DNA of 64,000 nt, taken from contig CAZBQI010000004.1 in the NCBI GenBank assembly GCA_964494105.1, positions 15,810-79,809 of the forward strand. Direction: 5' to 3'. Positions 1 to 9,514 of this stretch are shown piece by piece (positions within the stretch are counted from its first letter, which is position 1; each line of letters starts with the position of its first letter). The notes beneath the pieces were generated by a model, which did no database searches, was not told where the DNA came from, and was given only the letters and a program-made list of their open reading frames with translations. Origin of the DNA: an uncultured Candidatus Saccharibacteria bacterium (GTDB lineage Bacteria; Patescibacteriota; Saccharimonadia; CAZBQI01). A program made the translations under genes and the position numbers.

Positions 1-1
1 A

Positions 2-493
2 GCTGACGGCAACCCATATATTGGTGTGCTGTACGGAGGATTATTTATTACTAAGGATGGACCAAAAGTTATTGAATATAATGCTCGCTTTGGCGACCCC
101 GAGTGCCAGCCCATGATGCAAATGGTAGATGAAGACTTTTACGAATTACTAATGCAATCTGCCGAAGGCAAGCTTAAAACGAACCAGCTAAAGACTAAAC
201 CCGGTGCTAGCGTGACAATATGTTTAGCTTCTGGTGGCTACCCGGGCTCTTACGAAAAAGGAAAAGTCATTAAAGGCTTAGATGAAGTTAACGATCCCGA
301 CGTCGTAGTTTTCCATGCTGGTACAAATAGGGAGGGCAGTGAGTTTGTAACCAATGGCGGTCGAGTACTGAATGTTACTGCTTATGGATCGGACTTAAAT
401 AGCGCTGTGGACAAAGCATATAAATCAGTCAAGAAAATATCATTCGAAGGTATGCAATACCGCACCGATATTGCTACTAAAGCTTTGGCATAG
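2..493 (+). CDS. purD: Phosphoribosylamine--glycine ligase (PurD), C-terminal part; 5' end lies outside the window
   Basis: Translation contains the PurD ATP-grasp/C-domain motifs (LFITKDGPKVIEYNARFGDPECQ, GGRVLNVTAYG). The frame is open to the window edge, so the start is upstream. Confidence 0.85.
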   Translation, partial: ADGNPYIGVLYGGLFITKDGPKVIEYNARFGDPECQPMMQMVDEDFYELLMQSAEGKLKTNQLKTKPGASVTICLASGGYPGSYEKGKVIKGLDEVNDPDVVVFHAGTNREGSEFVTNGGRVLNVTAYGSDLNSAVDKAYKSVKKISFEGMQYRTDIATKALA

Positions 494-531
494 TTTCCGC
501 GCGAGACTATAATGTAAGCCATAGAGACAAT

Positions 532-2052
532 ATGAATAATTTAACTGGCTCTATGCCGGTGTTAAATAATAATCTAGATTCACCTGCCACCCTCCGCCGG
601 CTGGCTAAGAACTTACTAAAAGGGCGGGACTTATTTGTAGTATCAAATCGCGAACCGTATATACATAACGGTCTAGATTCGAGCGGTCGACCAAAGGTAA
701 TACAGCCAGCCAGTGGTCTAGTAAGTGCATTAAACCCCATATTGCAGGCAAGCCAAGGCACCTGGATTGCACATGGTAGCGGATCCTTAGATTCACGGTT
801 TGTGGATAGCCACAATAAGCTAGAAGTACCAGTGGGACATCCACATTATACCCTCAAGCGGGTATGGCTTAGTAAGCGCCAACTCAAAGGTTATTACACC
901 GGTTTTGCTAACCAAGGGTTGTGGCCCTTGTGTCACGATACAGCAGTCAAGCCGGTTTTTACGGCTACTGATTGGAAGTATTATCGCCAAGCAAATAAGC
1001 TCTTTTGCCAAGCGGTGACCGCGGAAATAACCTCCTTGGCGCCAGTTATTTTTATACAAGATTATCATTTGGCGCTCTTGCCAAAGCTAATTAGAGCCAA
1101 GCACAAAACGGCAACTATAGAATTATTTTGGCACGTGCCTTGGGCTTCACTTGAAAAGTTTAAACAATGCAAATATGGGTCTCAGCTCTTACGCGGCCTT
1201 TTAGCTTGCGACGTAGTGGCTTTTCATCTGGCTGAGTATAGTCAAGATTTCATGCTTGCTGTGAGCGAAATAGTTGGTTGTAAGGTCGATAAAAAGCGGG
1301 GTGTTGTAAGTTTCAATGGGCACGATACTTATGTAAGGGCATATCCAATTGGTGTTGATTCGCAGTCGTTCAGCACTCATAGCCGGCATATTGCTGCCCG
1401 AGCAACAAGTTTGCGTACAAAGTTAAACTTACAAAATATCAAAGTTGCTGTTAGTCTTGAGCGCGCCGATTATATTAAGGGCATAACCGAGCGGCTAGAA
1501 GCAATAGATTGGTTTTTAGCTCATTACCCTGCTTACCACAAAAAATTTGTTTTGTTTCAGGTAATAGCACCTAGCCGTATCGACATTCCAATTTACCGGC
1601 AACTTTATCAAGACATCAGTATTCGCATTGATGCTATTAATGCCAGGTACTCATCAGGTAGTTGGCAACCAGTAATATATGACAAACAGTCACAGCCACA
1701 TAGCGTGGCGAAAGCAATTCTGGCGATGGCAGACATTTGCATTGTTAGCTCACTGCACGACGGGATGAACCTAGTTGCCAAAGAGTTTGTTGCGACCAGG
1801 TTTAACAATAAGGGGGTACTCTTGCTTAGTCGCCATGCCGGGGCGTCCAAGGATTTGCCTTCGGCGGTAATGATTAATCCGCGAAACAAAATTGCCTTTG
1901 CTAAAAGCATAAAGGCCGCAGTTGATATGCCCATGGCCGAGCAACAACGCCGAATGAGACCAATGCGCAAACAGGTAGCCGAGAACAATATTTATACCTG
2001 GATTAGTACTATTCTTAGCGAACTAATAGCTATCGAAAAGGAAAGACAATGA
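532..2052 (+). CDS. otsA: Alpha,alpha-trehalose-phosphate synthase (GT20, OtsA-like)
   Basis: 506 aa with GT20 signatures (GFANQGLWPLCH, FWHVPW, CDVVAFH, GMNLVAKEF). Overlaps the next gene by 4 nt (ATGA), consistent with translational coupling. Confidence 0.8.
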   Translation: MNNLTGSMPVLNNNLDSPATLRRLAKNLLKGRDLFVVSNREPYIHNGLDSSGRPKVIQPASGLVSALNPILQASQGTWIAHGSGSLDSRFVDSHNKLEVPVGHPHYTLKRVWLSKRQLKGYYTGFANQGLWPLCHDTAVKPVFTATDWKYYRQANKLFCQAVTAEITSLAPVIFIQDYHLALLPKLIRAKHKTATIELFWHVPWASLEKFKQCKYGSQLLRGLLACDVVAFHLAEYSQDFMLAVSEIVGCKVDKKRGVVSFNGHDTYVRAYPIGVDSQSFSTHSRHIAARATSLRTKLNLQNIKVAVSLERADYIKGITERLEAIDWFLAHYPAYHKKFVLFQVIAPSRIDIPIYRQLYQDISIRIDAINARYSSGSWQPVIYDKQSQPHSVAKAILAMADICIVSSLHDGMNLVAKEFVATRFNNKGVLLLSRHAGASKDLPSAVMINPRNKIAFAKSIKAAVDMPMAEQQRRMRPMRKQVAENNIYTWISTILSELIAIEKERQ

Positions 2053-2846
2053 AACATTTGACAGATGATTTGATTGATAAGCTGGTCACAGAAATTCATC
2101 GTAAGCATATTTATTTGTTTTTAGATTATGACGGGACTCTAACACGAATTGTTGCCCAACCCAGCCAGGCGCATTTATCTAAACCTGTTGAGTTAACATT
2201 GCAAAAACTGGCCCAACAAAATAACTGCACCCTGGTAATTGCCAGCGGGCGGGAGTTGAACGATATTAAGCGTCGCGTAGGCATTGCCGGAGTTATTTTG
2301 GTTGGCAATCATGGCCTAGAAATCGCTGGGAGGGGAATTAATTATCCGACTCGGGTGAGCAAAGACTACCTTAAGACTGTAGCCAGCATATATTCAGAGC
2401 TTAAAAAAGAGTTCTACAACAGCAGCGGTGTAATTGTGGAGAATAAAAAGTACACACTATCTGTGCATTATCGTATGGTGGACGCCGAAAACGTTAATCT
2501 GGTTCGCTCGAGGGTTAAGAATATCCTAGCTCCTTACGCGGAGTCGGGGATGGTAGTACTTAGGCGCGGTAAGAAGGTTCTAGAGATACGGCCACCGGGT
2601 GAAATTGATAAAGGCTGGGCCGTTCATTGGCTATTGGCGCACGCGACGCCAAAGTATAGAAAAAGCAGTGGAGTGATAATCTATATCGGTGATGACAGCA
2701 CTGATGAAGATGCATTTAAGGCGCTCAAGGGCAAGGGTTGGGCCGTACGAGTAGGTAATACAAACAAACATACAAATGCTGAATATTATGTAAGCAACAC
2801 CAAAGCAGTACACAAACTGCTGGAATCAATATATGGCGTAGTTTAG
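2049..2846 (+). CDS. otsB: Trehalose-6-phosphate phosphatase (HAD family, OtsB-like)
   Basis: HAD motif I in LFLDYDGTLT, GDDSTDEDAF near the C-terminus, and direct coupling to otsA. Confidence 0.8.
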   Translation: MKHLTDDLIDKLVTEIHRKHIYLFLDYDGTLTRIVAQPSQAHLSKPVELTLQKLAQQNNCTLVIASGRELNDIKRRVGIAGVILVGNHGLEIAGRGINYPTRVSKDYLKTVASIYSELKKEFYNSSGVIVENKKYTLSVHYRMVDAENVNLVRSRVKNILAPYAESGMVVLRRGKKVLEIRPPGEIDKGWAVHWLLAHATPKYRKSSGVIIYIGDDSTDEDAFKALKGKGWAVRVGNTNKHTNAEYYVSNTKAVHKLLESIYGVV

Positions 2847-2966
2847 CTATACCGATCCAACAGTTCGTATGGCTTTGCAACTGCCACATCGAGATTGTTG
2901 CCCAAGCGCCATAACTTATACCGGCACAAAACATCAGCCACTAATGGTGTGTCATAATGACACACA

Positions 2967-4046
2967 ATGAATGTGCAAATTAATAGCCCGGCATTTTTTA
3001 TTGGCCGCGAGGGAAGCGACTTAATCTCTTTCGGCTCGGGCCAGCCCGATTTGCCACCGCCCACCGAAATATTTGAACACATCAACCGGCGCCGTTTGTT
3101 TAAGTATGGCCTAATTCAGGGCGAAGCAAACTTACGCCAGGCTCTGGCCAAAGACTACCCCAAAGCCTCGGTCGATGATTTTGTTATCACCAATGGCGCT
3201 AGTGAGGCGCTTGATTTAGTCTTTCGTGCACTGTATAAGAAATTTGGCTCAGTAAAAGTATTACTTGGCCAGCCTTACTACTATTCTTACCCAGAAATCA
3301 TTCAAGCTAGCGGCCACCAACCTGTTTATACCAAACTCATCAATGGGAGAATCGACGTTAACGATTTAAAGCGCAAAGTTAAATCAGCCAAAGTGGTGCT
3401 AATTAATTCACCCTCAAACCCGACTGGTCGTGTCGAGTCCTTGAGTACACTACATTTAATCGAAGAGCTGACACACAAGTATGGTGCATACATAGTTTCC
3501 GATGAAGTGTACAAAGACTTAATTTATGTACGGTCAAATTACAATGTTAAGGGCAAAAACGTCATTACAATCAACTCATTCTCAAAAACCTACTCTATGT
3601 GCGGACTACGCATTGGCTACTTATATGCTCGTGACTCCGAAATCGTTGCAGGAGTGATTAACCTCAAAACGCACACCTCGATGAATACCAATGTCTTAGG
3701 TCAGCAAATGGCAATCAAGGCACTAGCAGTGCCACCTGCATATATAGCCAAGCAAACAAACATATGGCTTGAGCGCAGAGATTTTATTTATGAAGAGCTA
3801 AGAGCCATGGGATTTAGCTTATGGAAACCAGAAGGAGCCTTCTATGTGTTACCGAGAATTAAAAACGCCAGCCGGGTGGTAAATGATTTGTACTACGACT
3901 ACAAGGTCATTGTTTACGATGGGGCTTGGTTTGGGGAGCCAGATCGCATTCGGCTATCTTATGCACTGGACATCAATAAAATCAAAGAAGGTTTAGCTAG
4001 AATTCAAAACTACATAAGCGACAAACAGGATTGGTTAATTAGCTAA
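2967..4046 (+). CDS. Class I/II pyridoxal-phosphate-dependent aminotransferase (aspartate aminotransferase-like)
   Basis: 359 aa with the NSFSKTYSMCGLRIGY PLP-lysine region typical of fold-type I aminotransferases. Confidence 0.75.
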   Translation: MNVQINSPAFFIGREGSDLISFGSGQPDLPPPTEIFEHINRRRLFKYGLIQGEANLRQALAKDYPKASVDDFVITNGASEALDLVFRALYKKFGSVKVLLGQPYYYSYPEIIQASGHQPVYTKLINGRIDVNDLKRKVKSAKVVLINSPSNPTGRVESLSTLHLIEELTHKYGAYIVSDEVYKDLIYVRSNYNVKGKNVITINSFSKTYSMCGLRIGYLYARDSEIVAGVINLKTHTSMNTNVLGQQMAIKALAVPPAYIAKQTNIWLERRDFIYEELRAMGFSLWKPEGAFYVLPRIKNASRVVNDLYYDYKVIVYDGAWFGEPDRIRLSYALDINKIKEGLARIQNYISDKQDWLIS

Positions 4047-4079
4047 AAAAACCGCCACCACTTTGGTGACGATCTTTCA

Positions 4080-4157
4080 TGGCGGGCCCGACCGGATTCG
4101 AACCGGCGATCTCCTCCGTGACAGGGAGGCGTGATAGGCCAACTTCACTACGAGCCC
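4080..4157 (-). tRNA. tRNA-Asp (anticodon GTC)
   Basis: Reverse complement is GGGCTCGTAGTGAAGTTGGCCTATCACGCCTCCCTGTCACGGAGGAGATCGCCGGTTCGAATCCGGTCGGGCCCGCCA. It has a 7-bp acceptor stem, a TTCGAAT T-loop, and anticodon loop CTGTCAC. Confidence 0.85.
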
Positions 4158-4213
4158 TCGTAGCTACTAGCTGTTCTAGTATAATGTATCTAGTATTGAG
4201 TATAAAGCATTGT

Positions 4214-4289
4214 GCCGATGTAGCTCAGTTGGTAGAGCGACACTTTCGTAAAGTGTAGGTCAGCGGTTCGATCCCGCTCATCGGCTCCA
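4214..4289 (+). tRNA. tRNA-Thr (anticodon CGT), CCA encoded
   Basis: GCCGATGTAGCTCAGTTGGTAGAGCG...TTCGTAA...GGTTCGATCCCGCTCATCGGCTCCA folds as a canonical 76-nt cloverleaf. Anticodon loop is TTCGTAA. Confidence 0.85.
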
Positions 4290-4363
4290 GCGAGATTAGT
4301 ACAGTGGCAGTACATCTGCTTCCCAAGCAGAGGATACGGGTTCGATTCCCGTATCTCGCACCA
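4290..4363 (+). tRNA. tRNA-Gly (anticodon CCC), directly abutting tRNA-Thr
   Basis: GCGAGATTAGTACAGTGGCAGTACATCTGCTTCCCAAGCAGAGGATACGGGTTCGATTCCCGTATCTCGCACCA. Acceptor stem is GCGAGAT/ATCTCGC and the anticodon loop is TTCCCAA. Confidence 0.85.
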
Positions 4364-4413
4364 GCAAGTCGATGTATAATAGAGTAAATTATCAGAGATT
4401 ATAGTGGGAGCTC

Positions 4414-4851
4414 ATGGCCAAGAAGAAAAAAGTTAAGAATTCTCAAAAAGCCAAGAAATCAAAGCTGACTTCAAGGCAGTTGCAAAAACGGATTGATCAT
4501 TTTCGCTCACATAGGATATTTAAAGATAAACTTTTTGCCCTGTTTATCGTTGTAAGCTTTGTCTTAATGATTGCGATTATATCTACTCTAGTATTTAATA
4601 TTCGGCCGAAATCTGTCGTTGTGCCACTTCGCTATTCCACATTACAGGGGTTTGACGCTCTTGGTGGCTGGTATCGCTTGTATGTGTACGGCCTCTTCAG
4701 TCTAATCGTAACCATCGGAAATACCTTGTTGGCTACATTGCTTTACCAAAAAAGCAGAATTGCCAGCTTCTTTCTGGTAATTGGAACGCTAGTAGTGAAC
4801 TCCTTTACTCTGGTAATAATACTTAGCTTGTTTGCCCAGCTCGATATCTAG
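4414..4851 (+). CDS. Hypothetical membrane protein with a Lys-rich N-terminus and several TM helices
   Basis: ORF with basic N-terminus (MAKKKKVKNSQKAKKSK) followed by hydrophobic segments. It sits immediately upstream of, and abuts, the GT2 gene. Confidence 0.45.
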   Translation: MAKKKKVKNSQKAKKSKLTSRQLQKRIDHFRSHRIFKDKLFALFIVVSFVLMIAIISTLVFNIRPKSVVVPLRYSTLQGFDALGGWYRLYVYGLFSLIVTIGNTLLATLLYQKSRIASFFLVIGTLVVNSFTLVIILSLFAQLDI

Positions 4852-6489
4852 ATGACGAAAACGATTGATTTAGAAATTGATAACTCCACCGCAGTTGCAA
4901 GGGCATTTGAAATAATCCCTGGCGCAGCTGCTTGGTTGTTTTTAGTGTCGCCGATTTTCTTAAGCTTGGTTGAGCCGGTTTGGGTTGCTTATGTAATTAT
5001 TGCCTACGATTTGCTTTGGCTTAGCAAGTCTTTTGGACTTAGCTATCGACTGATTTGGGGGTATCGAAGGCTTAAGCAAACCACAGCCATTAATTGGAAT
5101 CATCGCTTAGACGACTTAAACAACCCGCAAGTAGCTATCGAGCGCATTGACAGGCGGTTGCAGAACGGACGAATTCCCCGCGCAACGGCACAGTCTCTTA
5201 GTAAATATCAACAACAACTAAAGCAGATAGTTGATAGTAAGGTCGATCTTATTCAGCCGAGCGATTTAATTCACGTGGTAATTGTGGCCCTTTACAACGA
5301 AGGTCTCGACATTTTGGAACCAACAATCAAGAGCCTTATAAAATCAAACTACGATCCACAAAAAATCTGGGTATTCGTGGCTTACGAAGAACGCGGTGGG
5401 AGTGACACCGAGAAGAATGCAAATTATTTAATCAAGGAATATGGCGACAAGTTCGGACATGCTCAAGCAGTCAAGCACCCGGGTGATACTAAGGGCGAAA
5501 TTAAAGGCAAGGGAAGCAATATTACTTTTACGGGGCGTAGAATTGCCGCTATTGTCAGGCAGCGAAAACTAAAGCCTGAAAACTTTATCGTTACTACGCT
5601 AGATAGTGACAACCGTCCACATCAAAATTACTTTGCATATTTGAGTTTTGTTTATGCCACTACCGCCGATAGGATTATGAATTCTTATCAACCGGTACCA
5701 ATGTTTTATAACAATATATGGGACGTGCCGGCACCCATGCGCATAATTGCTAGTAGTAATACCTTCTGGATGATAATGGAAATGATGCGCCCGCATCGAT
5801 TGCGTAACTTTTCATCTCATGCCCAGAGTTTGCAAACCCTAATCGATACTGACTTTTGGAGTACAAGAACAATTGTCGAGGATGGTCACCAGTATTGGAG
5901 AACTTACTATCGTTATAATGGCAATCACAAGGTTATCCCGCTGTATATGCCGGTTTATCAAGATGCCGTTTTGGCGAAAGGCTATATCCGAACCTTTAAA
6001 GCTCAATTTATTCAGCTAAGGCGGTGGGCTTGGGGTGTGTCGGATGTGCAATACGTCTGGCAACAAAACCGCAAACACAAAGACATTAAATGGTTGGATA
6101 AAAATATTAAGTTTCTTCGGCTATTTGAAGGCCACTTTAGTTGGGCAACAGCCCCATTAATTCTCATGTTTGCCGCCTGGTTACCGCTATTATTAAATCC
6201 GAACTTTAGCGACCAAGTGCTGGCTCACCAGCTACCGGTCATAGCTAGTCGCATCCAGTTAATCGCTATGTTTGGAGTAATCATTACCATCCTAATTAGT
6301 TTAATTTCGTTGCCACCTCGGCCCAAGCACTATAAGCCACATCGTTCACTATTTATGATTGTCCAATGGTTTCTATTGCCGATAACCAGCATTTTGTTTA
6401 CTTCGTTTGCTGCCTTAAACGCTCAAACTCGCTTAATGCTTGGCCGCTATCTAGAGGAATTTGATGTTACAGAAAAGGCTGTAAAGTAA
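4852..6489 (+). CDS. Membrane-embedded family-2 glycosyltransferase (processive, cellulose/chitin-synthase-like)
   Basis: ALYNEG motif, a DSD (DxD) motif, and QLRRW (the QxxRW processivity motif), plus N- and C-terminal hydrophobic helices. Confidence 0.7.
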   Translation: MTKTIDLEIDNSTAVARAFEIIPGAAAWLFLVSPIFLSLVEPVWVAYVIIAYDLLWLSKSFGLSYRLIWGYRRLKQTTAINWNHRLDDLNNPQVAIERIDRRLQNGRIPRATAQSLSKYQQQLKQIVDSKVDLIQPSDLIHVVIVALYNEGLDILEPTIKSLIKSNYDPQKIWVFVAYEERGGSDTEKNANYLIKEYGDKFGHAQAVKHPGDTKGEIKGKGSNITFTGRRIAAIVRQRKLKPENFIVTTLDSDNRPHQNYFAYLSFVYATTADRIMNSYQPVPMFYNNIWDVPAPMRIIASSNTFWMIMEMMRPHRLRNFSSHAQSLQTLIDTDFWSTRTIVEDGHQYWRTYYRYNGNHKVIPLYMPVYQDAVLAKGYIRTFKAQFIQLRRWAWGVSDVQYVWQQNRKHKDIKWLDKNIKFLRLFEGHFSWATAPLILMFAAWLPLLLNPNFSDQVLAHQLPVIASRIQLIAMFGVIITILISLISLPPRPKHYKPHRSLFMIVQWFLLPITSILFTSFAALNAQTRLMLGRYLEEFDVTEKAVK

Positions 6490-6494
6490 TACCA

Positions 6495-7544
6495 ATGGAA
6501 TACATTACAGCCTTGGCTCTGGCTGCAGGGATTAGTTTTATTCTCACGCCGGTCGTAAGGGCCTATGCGATCCGTAATGGTGCAGTCGACAGACCGGATG
6601 CTCGCAAGGTTCACCGCTTACCCTTACCTAGGATCGGTGGTATCGGTATAACAGTCGCCTTTGTTGTAACGTTTCTTATCTATTTTGACCTTAATCGACA
6701 GTTCTACGGCCTATTAGGTGCGTTACTTGTGCTATTTATAGTCGGTTTAATCGATGACTTGCGAGAGCTTAGTGCCTGGCAGAAACTAGTCGCCCAAATA
6801 ATATCTGCTTGTATTGCGCTCGCCGGTGGTCTAGGCATTGTTTATCTGGCAATTCCATTTGGTGGTACGATTGCGCTTGATGGTTGGCGCATACCAGTCG
6901 AGCTTGGCATGATATCGTTCAATTTACTGCCCATAGCGAACCTCGTTAGCATTATTTGGATCGTTGGGATGATTAATACTGTAAATTTCCTTGATGGCTT
7001 AGATGGATTGGCAGCCGGCGTAGCCAGCATTGGAGCATTTGTGCTATTTATCAGTGCGCTATTGCCACACATCAATAACCCGGCAGTGGCGCTTTTAGCA
7101 ATAATTTTACTTGGCTCGTTGCTAGGCTTTTTGCCCCATAATTTTTATCCATCATCAATTTTTATGGGTGACAGTGGTGCCTATGTAATCGGACTATTGC
7201 TGGCCTTGCTGTCGATTTATTCAAGTTCAAAAATCGCTGTTGGGGCAATTGTCTTCGGCATCGCCATTCTCGACGCACTTTGGACAGTACTTCGGCGGAT
7301 TGCTAGCAAGAAATCACCTTTTATGGCAGATAGGGAGCATCTGCATCACCGCTTGTTAGATTCAGGCCTACTATCCCACAGAGAGGTTGTATTAGTGCTA
7401 TATCTACTAACCTTATTGGTTGCATTTGCCGTACTGTACACCAGTGTCTTAATAGCCTCTGTGTTTGTGATTGCGTCGGTTGTTGCGACAATCATGGTAT
7501 TGCGAATAAAAGCCGGTTCACGTAATAAAAGACCGAAAGAATGA
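6495..7544 (+). CDS. MraY/WecA-family polyprenyl-phosphate N-acetylhexosamine-1-phosphate transferase (GT4)
   Basis: Polytopic membrane protein with the NTVNFLDGLDGLAAG motif diagnostic of the MraY/WecA family. Its position after the GT2 gene favours a WecA/TagO-like initiating transferase. Confidence 0.8.
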   Translation: MEYITALALAAGISFILTPVVRAYAIRNGAVDRPDARKVHRLPLPRIGGIGITVAFVVTFLIYFDLNRQFYGLLGALLVLFIVGLIDDLRELSAWQKLVAQIISACIALAGGLGIVYLAIPFGGTIALDGWRIPVELGMISFNLLPIANLVSIIWIVGMINTVNFLDGLDGLAAGVASIGAFVLFISALLPHINNPAVALLAIILLGSLLGFLPHNFYPSSIFMGDSGAYVIGLLLALLSIYSSSKIAVGAIVFGIAILDALWTVLRRIASKKSPFMADREHLHHRLLDSGLLSHREVVLVLYLLTLLVAFAVLYTSVLIASVFVIASVVATIMVLRIKAGSRNKRPKE

Positions 7545-7617
7545 TTGTCTACAGAGGCGGAGCCTGTTATAATAATTCCCTAACGTGTTAAGGAAAGCAA
7601 AGGAACCGGCAGTATAA

Positions 7618-8340
7618 ATGCAAAGTATCACTCTTAAATCTAAAGAACGAAAAGTTCGCGGTAAGAAAAACTCAGCTCTTCGAGCTCAGGGCTCTGTGCC
7701 CGGCGTTGTCTATGGCCAAGGAAAGACCACCGCAATTATAGATGTAGACAATAAGGAATTAGACAAAATATATCATGAGGCGGGTACAAGTCGACTTATC
7801 GAGCTGGTTGTCGACGATAAACCTCCAGTCAATGTTCTGTTTCATGACGTTCAGGTAAATCCGCTATCTCAGCAAATAACGCACTTTGATCTTTATACAG
7901 TTAAAATGGACGAGAAAATTAAAACAGAGGTGCCACTCCAGTTTACCGGTGAAGCACCGGCAGTCCATTCACTGAATGCGATATTAGTTAAGAATCTAGA
8001 AGAAATTGAAATCGAAACGCTTCCAGGGAATTTGCCCGAAAAAATCGAAGTCAATCTAGATTCATTAGTAGAAATAGGTCAATCAATTGCCGTCGGAGAC
8101 TTAAAAATGCCTGAAGGTGTCTCATTGGTAACGGATGCCGAAGAGATGATTGTCAAAACCGATCCGCCTCGTACCGAAGAGGAGCTTGAACAGCTAGACG
8201 AAGTAGTCGAAGAGGGAGCAGAGGCAGAAGTAGAATCAGAGCACGGTAGCGCCGACAACGATACAGAAGCGGGTAAAGACGATAGCAAAGGCGACGACAA
8301 GAACGAATCCGACTCAGTTAAGCCAGAAAAATCCGACTAG
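7618..8340 (+). CDS. rplY: Ribosomal protein L25 / general stress protein Ctc, with an acidic C-terminal extension
   Basis: N-terminal L25/Ctc beta-barrel signature (RLIELVVDDKPPVNVLFHDVQVNP...HFDLYTV). The C-terminal ~60 aa are Glu/Asp-rich. Confidence 0.85.
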   Translation: MQSITLKSKERKVRGKKNSALRAQGSVPGVVYGQGKTTAIIDVDNKELDKIYHEAGTSRLIELVVDDKPPVNVLFHDVQVNPLSQQITHFDLYTVKMDEKIKTEVPLQFTGEAPAVHSLNAILVKNLEEIEIETLPGNLPEKIEVNLDSLVEIGQSIAVGDLKMPEGVSLVTDAEEMIVKTDPPRTEEELEQLDEVVEEGAEAEVESEHGSADNDTEAGKDDSKGDDKNESDSVKPEKSD

Positions 8341-8361
8341 TCTGCTAGTCTAGAGTTGTTT

Positions 8362-8805
8362 CTAAAGGTTACTCAGGAGCTTTTTTAGATCAGATTTACT
8401 TTGAATCTTTGTCTGTTGACCGATATAGGCTAGCCACAACGAAAGGTCATACCGAGCCAAGGTAGAATTAACTGCTTGACTGAGCTGACTAATATAAATG
8501 CTAGCTTGTCCTAGCCTGATTAGCTTACTCTCAATTGTGTCTACTAGGGCGTCTAGTTGGTCTAATTTTTGTTTATCGCCATTCATAACAGACGTAATGC
8601 TGTTATACAGCCTAGTACGACTGTAGGTTTCGTGCCGATTCATCTCCTTGATGATCTTTAAATACTGCATATCAATTCTTTCGTAGGTGCTAAAGGTCTT
8701 TTTGCAGCTTAAGCAACGTCGTCGCCGCCATATTTGAGTGTATTCACGGGTTGGTCGTGAGTTGTACACCGCTAAATTATCCGAATTACAAAAAGGACAA
8801 TACAT
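8362..8805 (-). CDS. nrdR: Transcriptional repressor NrdR (zinc ribbon plus ATP-cone)
   Basis: MYCPFCNSDNLAVYNSRPT...RRRRCLSCKKTFSTYERID matches the NrdR zinc-ribbon N-terminus. Confidence 0.85.
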   Translation of the reverse strand: MYCPFCNSDNLAVYNSRPTREYTQIWRRRRCLSCKKTFSTYERIDMQYLKIIKEMNRHETYSRTRLYNSITSVMNGDKQKLDQLDALVDTIESKLIRLGQASIYISQLSQAVNSTLARYDLSLWLAYIGQQTKIQSKSDLKKLLSNL

Positions 8806-9098
8806 GACTATATGTTGTCATACTGCTGTAAAAATTGCCAGTGGATAACTAATCGCCGTTGGGGGAAAACTCGAGTAATGTGATTAGCGATTAGCAAGTA
8901 TACTAAAGCTGATGGTTCTACTCTGTTGCTTGGACTTTTTCTGCTTATTCTGCTTTTTGGTGCTGGTTTTTAGCGGTATAGGCTCGTATGAGAGCGGGTA
9001 TTTAGTTAGTTTATTCATTTGAGACTGCCTCTATTGGCTTTCAAAAAGCTATTTAACGGTGCAATTATATGAATATTTAGCTTTTTCATTGTCATGCC

Positions 9099-9446
9099 TT
9101 AGTTTTGAAATGCTTTACTGAGAAGTAGCAGAGGGCTGCCGAGCAAGATGGCAAACAATCCGACCTCCAGGGCTAAGCCAAAATTCATTAATGATACTGC
9201 CAGGTCGGTAGTTGCATGGTAACGAGTACTGCTGTTCGTTTGATGCGTCTCAGTTTCACCACTAGCCGAAACTTCCTCCAGGTTGCCATAAATAGAGCCT
9301 ATTTGGACGATAGCTTGTTCTGCCTGGACATTTAGCTGGCTGTTAGCCAGTCGATTGTAAATGTAGTTTCCGCTAATGAGCATTAGAGTTAGTACTAAAC
9401 CTATAAATAGAAGTCGTTTCACACAATTCTTTCTTAAATGTAACAC
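9099..9446 (-). CDS. Hypothetical small membrane-anchored protein
   Basis: 115-aa ORF with N- and C-terminal hydrophobic helices. No recognisable family. Confidence 0.35.
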   Translation of the reverse strand: MLHLRKNCVKRLLFIGLVLTLMLISGNYIYNRLANSQLNVQAEQAIVQIGSIYGNLEEVSASGETETHQTNSSTRYHATTDLAVSLMNFGLALEVGLFAILLGSPLLLLSKAFQN

Positions 9447-9514
9447 TATTGCATGTCCAAACTACAGATGCAAGCATAAGCAAATACCCCTTATTTATGA
9501 TAGTAAGAAGATAT

